23,158 nucleotides of DNA from Ginkgo biloba (Eukaryota; Plantae; Ginkgophyta): positions 5,295,384-5,318,541 of the forward strand of contig JANKJI020000001.1 in the NCBI GenBank assembly GCA_024626585.2. Direction: 5' to 3'. The notes beneath the pieces were generated by a model. That model worked only from the letters and a program-made list of their open reading frames with translations, was not told the origin of the DNA and searched no databases. Both the position numbers and the translations under genes were made by a program. The first letter of the stretch is position 1. The number at the start of each line of letters is the position of its first letter. Below, in pieces: positions 8,192 through 20,908 of the stretch.

Positions 8192-11100
8192 TTTATATTA
8201 GTGTAAAATATACAAAATATACAACACATATCCAACATACTCTAGGCAAGAAAGATACAGGNNNNNNNNNNNNNNNNNNNNNNNNNNNNNNNNNNNNNNN
8301 NNNNNNNNNNNNNNNNNNNNNNNNNNNNNNNNNNNNNNNNNNNNNNNNNNNNNNNNNNNNNAAAGTTTGACATTTTTTTTTTTTTTTTTGCGAAAACGGA
8401 TCATGTTATTTGCATACCGCACACAAAAAGAGAGCAAGACATAATAATGCAACTATTACAATAAAAGAGAGCACCAAAATGCAAACTAAATGAATGAACC
8501 CAAGCTAGTAATAATAATCTCAACGTAGGCGAATCAGGCAAAAACCCACCTAGATAACTAATGGAAATAAACACAATATCATAACATCAAGCATGGAGGT
8601 AAACTAAGGGAAATGAAGATGAAAAATACCAATAGAATTGAGCATGTAACATTGACAACAATAGTAACAATAGAGCCAAAGTAAATTGAAATTCATAAAC
8701 ATGACAAACACTTTCAATGTTCTAGCTTCATTTCCTACGATTGATGGGTGATTCCTTGGTTTATTTGTTCGATGGTTAAATTATTATTTCTATTTGGTCT
8801 CGGTTAAGTCTACTTTTTTTATTATGTAATTACTAGTTGGGTATACAACAAATATTTGATAATATTGAGTCTAGATTTTTTGTAATCACTATTATAATCA
8901 ACAAGGATGAGAAATGTACTATAAATATATTCATTTGTTTCATTAAATATACTTTCAAATAAAAATAAGTAAACATAAGTAAACACTAGTATTCTTAATA
9001 TCAAGCACACGACTTAACTGTGGTGTGCATTAGTACCGTCTCCCTATCTCTAATACTATCGTAACTAAAGAAAGACACAATGGATTAGAAGAGTATAGAT
9101 TGACATATAAACTCCATATCGAATAGGAGAATGATGAATTAGAATGATCAAAGTAAATAAGTAACATAACTTTGTAACTACAAGGAAAATAAATGTAAAG
9201 GATAAAGACAATTGCAACTTTTATAAGCTCTAAAGAAGTAAACACTTTTTTTTATTCTATGTGTACACATGAAATTTAGACTTTTAAAAATGAAACAGAC
9301 AACAATAACCAGTTCCTAATCTAAACCAGGCATACCTGCAATTGAGCATGAAGATATTGCTCTTATTATTGGTTTGTGGATTGCTCAAAAATTTTGGTGC
9401 AAGACTGTAGCAGCAAGTTGATGGCTATCCAAGATAAATATGGATTGCCCTAGGTATTGGAATAATATTCCGCACTTCACGGCGTGCATAAAACACGCAA
9501 TCGCTTAGCCAAAAATGATAGCTCCTCTAAGGAATTTATATACCCTGCCAAAACATGGGGTTTTTCCAATGCTTGGTGATGAAATCCAAGTCGCTGACCC
9601 TAAAAATAATTCAATTCCACCTAATATATGCTCAGAAGAAGGCAATAGAGAATTATGAAGTAATGTTTTCAAGATCTAATCCATGCAAGGAGTGAATGGT
9701 AGAGTCATCGACAACCATTAAGTTTCATAACATATATAAAGACTCATTAGGTAGATAAAAAAGGGAGTAGAATAATTGAGCAAAATGGTAAAATTCATCA
9801 AGGGCTTTAGCATACATGAGTGCTAGGTGGGATAATGGATGAAACTAGCATAAGAATGATCTCTTAAAAAACTAGGGGACTGCATGCATCACGACAACAT
9901 AAAAAATGGAGATGATACACTTTAGCACTTCAAGAATGTAAACTACTAAAGGATGAAGGAATTAGGGTTGCTAAACAAATATGTCCTTAAGCCCCTATAA
10001 CAATGTCTCCAACTAAAGGGCTTCTGTAGCAATGTCTCTAACTAAAGAGTCCCCAACAAGAATAATAATCCTTTAGAATGGATAGAACACATGCAAAGTG
10101 CAAAAAGGTACCTGTTGATAGCCCAAACCATTAGACTTATATTAAATTCATGGAAAAAACATTAACATGATAATTGAAATGCATATATAACCCCATAAGC
10201 ATAGTGACTAAGTGGCATTATGGGATCAAATATTTCACATAATGATAAATTTTTTGATCCACCATATTAATTAAAAAGCTATAAACTCTAGTCCATAATT
10301 CTAACAAAATCAAGATTTAACTATTTATAACAAACAAAACATCTACAAGTCTAAAGTTGCTAAATATATGAGAAGATATATAAAAAAAAGATTTGATAAC
10401 TTGAAAGATAAATTGACTTGCAAGGGCCTAAGTAGTAAGGATTTGTCAAACAAACATCACAAACAACATAAAAGGAGTAGACATAGTATTGATAACCACT
10501 TGCCCAATAGACTCTCCTCATATGATTGATTTCCTAAGAACGTAATCATAATAACAAACTCTCAATAATNNNNNNNNNNAAGGAGGAATGTTGGGTGCAA
10601 TAGTACATCACATTTTTTTTTGCATTCAATCTAAATATATAGAAGATTACATTCAATAATATCACAAGATTTTAATCTTAAGACTTGTACCAAATCTGAC
10701 CTAAAAGCTAGTGCAATATCTTTGTCACTTTGCCTTAGATATGAATTATCTCAATTATAATTATAATTATTTCATCAAGGGGAAACATAAACTCTAATGC
10801 TCTCCCTTGATGTTTCCCCTAATGTATTATTTGTATTCTTATTATGTTTATTCTAGAGAGGAGTGTAGTCATTAAGTTTTTTTATGAGTAGTAGCAATGG
10901 CATAAGCCTTTAGGGATAGCATGATCTTTTAGGTGTAATATAATTGGCTATAAATTCCTATATATATTTTTGACTAAATGAAGAGTAAGTAGTTTTTGCA
11001 CCCAAAATTTTCCTCATCTTCTCTATGTGAGTGTTATATATTCACTATGTATAAGTGAGAACCTTGAGATTTTGCAAATTCTAAGAGTTAGCATATTATC

Positions 11101-11259
11101 TATTCTCTATGAGAATGAGATTTTATGAGGGTTTCCTAATGTGAGGTAGTCTTGGGAGTGAATCTTATGAGTACGTTTATTGAGAGAAAAAGTTCCCAAT
11201 ACTATTATAAAAGCTACTACTCATTGATCATCTTACCATAAAATATTATAATAAGAAGA

Positions 11260-12039
11260 ATGCACATGTAAAAAATATAGTTAGACTCAATATTATTGAT
11301 CACATTCTTATCTATTCTAGAGGTGTAGATTTGGTTTGTGGACAATGGGAATAATGAAAAATATTGTTTGAAGTTGGTAGTTCTACAAGGATTATGAACA
11401 TGAAGAGAAAGTTATATAATAATAGAATGAGGCCACATGATTCTATTTAAAATCACGTTAGTATGTTGAAAGATCTAAGGGAATAATTGAATGAACTTGG
11501 ATATAGAATCTTAAAAAAAAAAATGTAGTGATTGAATATTGTCTAGGTTGTATGATGGTTTTTGACAATATATGACTACCATCAATATCTCAAAAGATAA
11601 GAGTACATTATCCATTAATGATATTTAAGTCATTATAGTTGATGATTAATGTGTATACCAACATAATAATAAACTTGAGAATCCATTTACCTCTAAAACT
11701 AGAGAAAGAAGAGGATTATTTAGAGGACAACGATCAAGGAATAGAGGGTAAATATTAACATAAGAGACAAACTAGAACATGCTATAATTATTAAAAAATA
11801 GGTTATTTGAACAATGATTATTAGAATAATAAAATTATAGGGTGCACTAATTATAGAGGTGGAAATTCATCAAACTTTAGAGTAAGGAATAATAATTATA
11901 TAGTTGATCAAAATACTAGAAGATAATATTAGAATAATTCTCCTAGTAATGAGGAAAATAAGAAAAGGGATGGGAAAATTGAGACACACATATTCATGGA
12001 CACTATAATAGACAAGGAGGATGATACTTAGTACTTGGA
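11260..12039 (+). mobile_element. Highly degenerate Ty1/copia gag to protease start
   Basis: Reads NAHVKNIVRLNIIDHILIY...QWE**KILFEVGSSTRIMNMKRKLYNNRMRPHDSI*NHVSMLKDLRE*LNELGYRI. A decayed knuckle TCYNY*KIGYLNNDY lies near 11775-11822, and DDT*YL (WYLDS-like) at the contig end. Confidence 0.65.
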
Positions 12040-12867
12040 NNNNNNNNNNNNNNNNNNNNNNNNNNNNNNNNNNNNNNNNNNNNNNNNNNNNNNNNNNNNN
12101 NNNNNNNNNNNNNNNNNNNNNNNNNNNNNNNNNNNNNNNNNNNNNNNNNNNNNNNNNNNNNNNNNNNNNNNNNNNNNNNNNNNNNNNNNNNNNNNNNNNN
12201 NNNNNNNNNNNNNNNNNNNNNNNNNNNNNNNNNNNNNNNNNNNNNNNNNNNNNNNNNNNNNNNNNNNNNNNNNNNNNNNNNNNNNNNNNNNNNNNNNNNN
12301 NNNNNNNNNNNNNNNNNNNNNNNNNNNNNNNNNNNNNNNNNNNNNNNNNNNNNNNNNNNNNNNNNNNNNNNNNNNNNNNNNNNNNNNNNNNNNNNNNNNN
12401 NNNNNNNNNNNNNNNNNNNNNNNNNNNNNNNNNNNNNNNNNNNNNNNNNNNNNNNNNNNNNNNNNNNNNNNNNNNNNNNNNNNNNNNNNNNNNNNNNNNN
12501 NNNNNNNNNNNNNNNNNNNNNNNNNNNNNNNNNNNNNNNNNNNNNNNNNNNNNNNNNNNNNNNNNNNNNNNNNNNNNNNNNNNNNNNNNNNNNNNNNNNN
12601 NNNNNNNNNNNNNNNNNNNNNNNNNNNNNNNNNNNNNNNNNNNNNNNNNNNNNNNNNNNNNNNNNNNNNNNNNNNNNNNNNNNNNNNNNNNNNNNNNNNN
12701 NNNNNNNNNNNNNNNGTAATGCAAGGTATATGTTTCACAAAGATGTGATGATATTTATAACAATTATAGACAACTGAAGGTCAAGATATTCAATAGGTGC
12801 ATGTGATGGAGAACATACTTAAGGTATTATATAAGACCACATGATTTCATGATTCAACCAATATGTA

Positions 12868-13510
12868 TAAAAGAGTATTGGAAGAAGAAATAAAATATGC
12901 ATTTGAGCATATGGCAAGCAATGCCACTCAAGGACCAGGTTTTCTAATAAATGGTATAAATAATTGTATGAACTTATACCAATTTTAATTATAAAGGAAT
13001 CATCCTATGTATATTTAATCCATCCATCCATCAACTCTAGTTATATCTGCCTAGTCCTTAAAAATAAAAATAAGAAAGATTCTTAGGTTAGGGGTCAATA
13101 GTGCTAAGTAATGTATCATGAAAAAATATCATAAAAATTATCATTAGGAGATTGAGTGAAGAACTAAACATGTGAATATCAATCTCACAAACAACATTTA
13201 TAAATCTTTGAAAGATCTAATAATAGTAAGGTCATATAGGATTCAATGCATGTTATTCTTCGTCAACATAAGAAACCCATTATATTCGAAATTTATATGT
13301 TAAAAGTGTTTTACATAATTGAGTATCGATTTATAATTATTTCACTAACACCTAAACATTTCTCATTCTTATTAGTTCATTGTATGATGTCTTGCATAAT
13401 AAACTCTAAAGACAAAATGGATCCAATGCCCACTTTTTCCAAACTTCACAACGTGTTTAGTATGGTTGTCCACTCTTCTGGGACTATTCCTAACCTTATA
13501 CTTACTAAGA
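12868..13510 (+). mobile_element. Degenerate LINE (L1-like) reverse transcriptase; the element may continue to about 14900
   Basis: Remnants in the expected order: RVLEEEIKYAFEHMASNATQGPGF (EEIKxAxxxMxxxKAPGPDGF), INSSYICLVLK (NxTxIxLIPK), IVLSNVS*KNIIKIIIRRL (ISLCNVxYKIIxKxIxxRL), ISQTTFI, TSQRV*YGCPL (SRGLRQGCPLS). Many stops and frameshifts. Confidence 0.65.
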
Positions 13511-16198
13511 ATAAGCTCAGTACCTTGATTGTTATATTGGCTTGAGGACACATCTATTATCAATCATATAAATTAAATCAAAAGTAAGAATCATTTATTA
13601 CATGTTTTCAAAATGACCAAATTTTAGTGGGATATATATCACTCATTTGGAAAAGAAAAGTATTGGAAAGGGCATTGAAACTATTTACGAAAGCATCAAG
13701 AGAAGAATTAATTAAAAACATCTTAGTTACTCTTCCATGGGATAACCAAACCCTTAAGTAAGAAAAATACTCAACTTAAGAATGCAAAAGGAATTCAANN
13801 NNNNNNNNNNNNNNNNNNNNNNNNNNNNNNNNNNNNNNNNNNNNNNNNNNNNNNNNNNNNNNNNNNNNNNNNNNNNNNNNNNNNNNNNNNNNNNNNNNNN
13901 NNNNNNNNNNNNNNNNNNNNNNNNNNNNNNNNNNNNNNNNNNNNNNNNNNNNNNNNNNNNNNNNNNNNNNNNNNNNNNNNNNNNNNNNNNNNNNNNNNNN
14001 NNNNNNNNNNNNNNNNNNNNNNNATCAGTGCTTGGGAATCTCCCTTCCATAGTTATAATAGTGATAATGCATGAGGAAGTAAGGTGGTAGTTATGAAGAA
14101 TTCAACGAATTGGTATGTAGTAAATTCCTTAGCCTTGGTGAATCTTAAAGGCATGACAAGGTATAGGGAGATTAGTCAATGATTAATGAAATAAAAGGTG
14201 AATGGTAGGACATGTTTTGGTATATAAGAAGCTAATTCCATGATGTTAGCCCTAGGTTTAGAGTTTCTAATTGGTCTATACTATTCTTTAAGGAAAATAA
14301 CTCAACAAACTATGGTTTAATTAATTCTTAATCCCTTATAGGTTTTGTATGATGTCTATGGATCATGAAATCTTAAAGCAATGAGAGAATAATACTCAAT
14401 ATTCTATGAAACAATATTTTCCATGAGCCTAATGAGTAGGATGGAATAAAAAGGTGAAACACATCTACTATAATAAACCTAGCATGCAAAATGAGGTACG
14501 ATATATCCAATGATCATATTGCCTAATGATCGGCTCCAATTTTAAATGAAATCCAAGGATCAAGTTCATGGAAAGTAAGATTTTGAGCTATCACCTACTT
14601 TTAGTGGGAATAAATAACCTAGCATAACTTGAGGTCTATGATAGCGTGAATAGTTCCAAACACCTAATTGAAGTGTTTTATCAAGTATTGTTAGCCATGG
14701 TTAGCATAACCTTGATCCCTCCACGAATTGGCATTAATATTAAATATGGATGAAATCCTAAGAATATGAGTAACTTAAGACTACTCACAACTTACTGTCT
14801 TCTCTAAAACCAAGGTTGAGTTAGAAGAAGGAATTATTTGCATTTGGTTTATTGCGCAAATTTAATAAACCAAAACTAATTGATGATATATTTTGATTCT
14901 GGGTGAATTGAGCAAAGAAAGGGTTATAGCCTATTAAGAATCATTGTTTAGTAGATATATGTTAGCAGTCGCCATAACACTCCAAACATATGAGGTTATT
15001 GAGAAGGATATTAGCCTATTCATTAACAAATAAGGACATATCATTGTACTTGTTTATAAACAATGTTGGGCAGAGTGCTTGTTGCAAAATGATGGTAGCA
15101 TAAGTATGATAGAGCTCCTAATAATATTTATGGAACATCAAATACTTATGGGGTTGTTGTAATGATATGAAGGAAATGAGAATGCATATGTTAAGTATAG
15201 ATACTAATACCATAACTAGTATCATCACCAACCAAATTATGATAGGAACATGGGTCCCAAGGGTCGGGGGAAAGAATGTTTCTAAGGAAAAGATAGTCGA
15301 AGAATTGTATATTAGGCTAACACATACCAAGGCATAATAAAAATCAAATTTGATTCACCATTTTAATGATTAGGGATAAATATAGCTCCTAAGCATATAT
15401 GAATATAGGTAAGCAATTTAGGTGCATACAATTTTCCATCTATATGTCCATGTAATAGACATCTATCATGGTAAAAGTATCTCACAATGAATCTTANNNN
15501 NNNNNNNNNNNNNNNNNNNNNNNNNNNNNNNNNNNNNNNNNNNNNNNNNNNNNNNNNNNNNNNNNNNNNNNNNNNNNNNNNNNNNNNNNNNNNNNNTTTT
15601 CATATTCTTTTCAAATTCAAAATCATATCCTTTCAAAGTGTTATTATAGTTCTTATAAAATATAGTTTTCTAAAACTTTTTTTTATTTTTATTCTCTCTC
15701 TATCTAATGGTTATTAGCTTAATTAAAAAAGTATGCAAGTATTTTCTTAGTGGAATTATTTATATGTTATGGAGAATTCTCAAAATATAATATGGCAAGT
15801 TTCTTATGGAAAATAGCACTATCACAAATGTACTTAATTCTTCTTGCCTTATAGTTTATCAAATCAGTGTATTAATTGTCCAAGCTAATGGAATGTTTAC
15901 TAAATTAAATTATTTAAAATTTATAAATATCCACTCATTGAATATTTAACCTTAGGATACATCTAGTAGTGTTTGTAGCTTCATATCTTGCATACATAAA
16001 CTCAAAATTAAAATTTGAAACATAAAGGGTATTGAACTTAAAATAAGGTTGAATTGTATTATTGATATAGGCAATACGATTGTTGTATGTATTTAGAGTA
16101 GGTTGACAATCCATATATTACATAAATATATAGATGATTATGGGGGGGTATTTACATTAACATTAATTATAGTAAATCCTCCATTATTATTACTTATC

Positions 16199-16240
16199 TA
16201 TATATCTATATCTATCTAGATAGATAGATATAGATATATA
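16199..16240. repeat. Palindromic TA/TATC simple repeat
   Basis: 20-bp arms at 16199-16218 and 16221-16240 are exact reverse complements around a 2-nt centre. Confidence 0.85.
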
Positions 16241-16725
16241 TGATTAGATCATAAAAAAATAAATATGGAGTCATCAAAAGTAAATTTTTGGTCAAATTTG
16301 GAAAAAATCCATACATATTCAGACTTTGTTTAATAAATAAAAGTTATAGCCTTTGAATTCAACTTTAAAATGAGACTAAGAGCATAAAAAAAGAGTTATG
16401 GTTTGAAAGTTACAGATAAATCAGTGATTGCATGTGCTTATGGATTTTACTAGTTATCAATTGAATGGGTTTATGTATCCTACTAATCTACTTATTTTTC
16501 CAGTCAACAATTGACTAGATGTTCAACCTTCTATTAGTCAGCAACTGACTAGTTGACCCGCTAATTGAATGACAGAAAAATGGACAAAAATAATCGACTA
16601 ATATTTTGATTGTAACTTGGTAGTANNNNNNNNNNNNNNNNNNNNNNNNNNNNNNNNNNNNNNNNNNNNNNNNNNNNNNNNNNNNNNNNNNNNNNNNNNN
16701 NNNNNNNNNNNNNNNNNNNNNNNNN

Positions 16726-17061
16726 AAGAGACGTAAGATAGTGGATGAAATAGAAAAAAAAAATAGGAAGAGAGGGTAGAGGGAGAAGAACATAGACATC
16801 AGAGGAGAAACATAGATTAAGGAATTACACTAGTTAATAGACATAGTTATCTACATGCTCCATTTAGGGGTACTTATGTACCTTTGTATTTAAGTTATCT
16901 TGATTGAATGGATAGAAGAAGATGAGCATATTCAAGTTGGATTTTTTCCTTACACTAAGGTTTCTCTAGGGTAAACAAAGGTGTCTTATGTATTTTCCAT
17001 TATTTTATTTACATTTTTCTTATATATTTTAATCTATATCTACTCTATGCATTAAATAACA
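16726..17061 (+). mobile_element. 3' part of an LTR, 5' end in a gap
   Basis: The motif ttttttcc...ggtttctctagggtaaa...gtgtcttatgtatt resembles the reverse complement of the motif at 7860-7905. It is followed by a T-rich tract ending TAACA at 17061. Confidence 0.4.
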
Positions 17062-19683
17062 ACCTTAAATCATATAACAACAAGCATAGACTTATCTCAA
17101 GATCTGTGTGGTGAATCTTAACTAGTATATCTTATAGGATTACAAATCTTATCTGGTTAACATGTTTTATTACCTTATATGTATATATCTACTAATAGCC
17201 TAGTTAACTAATTGTTGGGGATATTTAACACTACATTTCTTCAAAATTTTGGTAAGGCATCATTTCAACCACAAATCCTTATGATCTTAAATGTTTGTCT
17301 CTTGGCCACACATGGAATATGGATCTACCAAATAATTCACTCCTAAATATTCCCAAAGGCATATCTAAGCTTGTTTAAGGGGGGAAGAATATGCCTATAT
17401 CACCATAAGTTTATCTCATAATAACAAAGATATACAAGTGAATTACAAAATCATAAGAAAAAAATAAAGGGTATATAATGGCCATTGAGTCTCCATAGTC
17501 TAAGTCATTTATTGTGACATATCCCTTTTGTATTTATCAAAAGAAAACACCTTGAATAGGGACAAATGACTCATCTAAATAACATGATTACTTGTTGATA
17601 TCCTAAGTCATAACTAAGAGCTAGGAGATCTCCAACCCAAGTTACATTTAACTNNNNNNNNNNNNNNNNNNNNNNNAAAAGGCCAAATTTAGCCTAAAAT
17701 AGCTTCAAAATAGACTTATATAGAGGGTGAACATGTTACTTAAGCTAAGGAGGATTTAAGTAATAAAATAACACCTTCGACTGACTTAAAAGTATCCAAA
17801 ATTAAAGCACTAAAGGTTTGGCTATAAATAGGCATAAGTTCCTTATTCTTTGGCATCAAATCATTCACAACTCTTCTACCTTTATAATTCAAGAATTTGA
17901 AGGTGGCATAGGAAGTAGGCGTTTCCACCAATAATTATCTATGGATAGTAGGTTCCCCACACCTATATATCTTCTCTAGGTAGTAGTAATATGCCTACTC
18001 AATAGTAAGATTAAAGGAATAACCTTCAAAAGGTGTGAAAGCATATGGAAAATAAATCTGAGGGGGAAATAAACATTGTTACCTTTTACAACACTAAATT
18101 GAGGCTCTTCTACAATGCTTTGTCCATTATATGGTAAACAAAAAATCTTTAAAAAGTCTCTTAGTTTGAGAATTTCTTCAATATCATGTTGGTGCACACA
18201 TATGCAGAGNNNNNNNNNNNNNNNNNNNNNNNNNNNNNNNNNNNNNNNNNNNNNNNNNNNNNNNNNNNNNNNNNNNNNNNNNNNNNNNNNNNNNNNNNNN
18301 NNNNNNNNNTCCAAGAGAATTTAAAGATGGCAAAGAAATTTTGACACTTCCATGTAAGAATTATTTTCATACTCCTTGCATAAGATGTAGAAAATTGGTA
18401 TTGGAATTCAAGGAAACATTACTAGAGAATCCCAACCTATCTATAAATATTGGGTGATGTAATCATGCTTCATTTATATTGGTTCTCATATGGTCACTCA
18501 GTCTATTTAAATCATCTACAAGATGATCGTGGAAAATATTTCAATATGATGTATCTTAAAAATCCTATCAATTTAGTTTTGATTTTAACAAAGNNNNNNN
18601 NNNNNNNNNNNNNNNNNNNNAGTCATGAGTCTACCGAGTTCTATTTAAGTCAGAGTAAGGATACATAATTTATTGAGTTTGTCATATTTTATTAAACATG
18701 TATAGTCATTAGTCTATCGAGTATGTCTAACAATAAGTCAAATCCCAACACTAATGAGTTCATTTATTCTATAATTGATTCTTATCAAGGAGTCAATGTA
18801 TATTTCCATTTACCATGGAAGAGTGTGTTGTAGATGCATTTTAATTTTAATTTTTAATAGTGCATCAATTTGTACATTTTGGTTTTAATGTTAGTCATAC
18901 GATGTTGTCTACTTCCATGGAGGATGGCCAACAATTATGAAGTAGCGAATTGATAGCTACTTAATAATTATAATTTGAAGATTGATTCACCGACTATGGA
19001 TGATTATAAAATTTAAGAAGAAGATAATCTATTGATTAAAGCAACAACATATGATTGGCTAGAGATGACAGACATAAACACTAGTTGTAAGGACCCATCA
19101 ACTATGTTTATTTTTGTATGACTAAGATCTTGATTATAATAGAGATAATGATTATCATAATATTAACTACAATAGATAAAATTATGAAGATAACAAGTAA
19201 AAATTAGTTTGGATATGTACAACTCAGATAAAAAACATTACACACCTTGGAGTTTTTGATCCTGGATATTTTTTAGGCTAAGGTTTTTCTTCGAGGCATG
19301 TAGTAATAACGTTATTAATACAATAGAAAAATATGATAACGCACCCACCAATTTCATGACTTAATTAATTATTTGGATACTAAAACCAAAAAAAATTAGT
19401 TGGAGAAGTAGGCAAACAGGGTGCCTCCTCCTTTAGAATTACATTGTAGTAGGGAGTAGAGAGCAATACAGGTGCCCCCTCCTTAATGTGGATGCTACAT
19501 TAATAATAAAATAACTGATGTAATGGAATACATCAAAGATGGCTAATGTTTTTACAAAAAAAATTATATCTAGTGTGGTGACCNNNNNNNNNNNNNNNNN
19601 NNNNNNNNNNNNNNNNNNNNNNNNNNNNNNNNNNNNNNNNNNNNNNNNNNNNNNNNNNNNNNNNNNNNNNNNNNNNNNNNNNN

Positions 19684-20602
19684 TTATAAATGATAATAGA
19701 ACCCACTTGCATATAAATCGTAAGTAAGAAAAACCCATAAGTGATACAAACAAAATTGCTAATTATTTCAAAGAACTATTTCAAACTTATATTTTCCTTG
19801 GAGATATAGAATATGTGATCAAATCACAAACCCAATATCATCCAAGAAGAAAAAATGATGCTACTAAAATAAATTGATCTCTGCTTGCAAGTTAATGGAT
19901 GTCTTATTGCTCCTTGATAATGGTGCCAAAATGATAGATTCTAATCATAGGTCATGAATTGTCAATCTAGTAGTTCATAAAATTAAAGTAGCAATAGGAT
20001 TCATAATCCCAACCCACTTGCCTCAAGTGCACAGAGAGTGTTTCTTACAGAATTCCCATACAAATAAGATTCAAAATAATTACTAGAAATGCTAAACAAA
20101 AAGAATACTAAAAAATATTTGAATAAAACATAAGTGAAAAATACAAAGAAAACTATACAAAGACAACCTAGGTGCTCTGTGTTGGTGTGGAATGTTGTCC
20201 ACCTATCTCCATCATCTTTTAGAGAACCTAGAAGAAATTTTGGCATCCTTTCAATATGGGGAAAATGTTGTCTATTCTATTTATTAAAATAAAGTAATGT
20301 ATATAATAGAAAGGAGGATGGTTTGATAACAATAATTTATTCCTCTCCTAGATGGATCGAGTCTATTATAAATAATTACATAGAAAATTAATTGCCATCC
20401 ACCCATAGGCATGATGAAGGTGTTTCCATTAGTAAATAAAAACACCCAACATTTTGTTTTGAGTGGAATACATGTGCAACTCAACCATCACTTAAAACTT
20501 ATTACATAACAAATCACTTTGATCATAAAGAATAATACTTATAAATGATAATGGAACCCACTTGCATATAAATCGTAAGTAAGAAAAATCCATAAGTGAT
20601 AC
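19684..20602 (+). repeat. 64-bp direct repeat pair (19684-19747 and 20539-20602)
   Basis: ttataaatgataat(a/g)gaacccacttgcatataaatcgtaagtaagaaaaa(c/t)ccataagtgatac, with two transition mismatches. The left copy starts at a gap edge. Confidence 0.92.
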
Positions 20603-20789
20603 GGATTATATCGGCGTGACTACAAGTATACTATTTACACATAACCATAGCTAGAGTACAAGAATCATGAAAATAAATGATAAATTTATTTGTAAATGAG
20701 GTGCAAGTGAGACATTATCTATAACCCATCTACAGGTGGATGTATGGTCACCTACAAGTTGTTATTTTAAAATGTCATTTCATTGTCAC

Positions 20790-20908
20790 TCCCAATCACC
20801 TATAATTAAAGGTTTAGAGGCATTCCCAATCACCTGCACTTGAAGGTGCAGGGTTGTTCCCAATCACTTACACTTGAATATGTAGGGCCATTCCCAATCA
20901 CCTACACT
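20790..20908. repeat. Tandem minisatellite, 3.5 copies of a 34-bp unit
   Basis: Units start at 20790, 20824, 20858 and 20892, each beginning TCCCAATCAC. Confidence 0.9.

Noticed and set aside
9440-9505. ACFMHAVKCG resembling the UBR/PRT6 C-terminal CxxHAxxCG motif
   Set aside because: The flanking residues do not fit, so there is not enough to name a gene.
10773-10820. Overlapping 9-11 bp inverted repeats (catcaaggg/cccttgatg and aggggaaacat/atgtttcccct)
   Set aside because: Short and most likely an internal motif of a decayed LTR, with no definable boundaries.
11870-12748. Long ORFs in the track spanning N runs (also at 3280, 13754, 15468, 19439, 21255 and others)
   Set aside because: They are made almost entirely of X from assembly gaps.
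17740-18209. Possible gypsy integrase-region relic on the minus strand (CVHQHDIEEILK)
   Set aside because: The similarity is too short and no downstream motifs could be confirmed.
20790-20908. CRISPR-like appearance (regular spacing, palindrome)
   Set aside because: The intervening sequences are homologous to each other and not unique spacers. The context is plant nuclear DNA with no cas genes.
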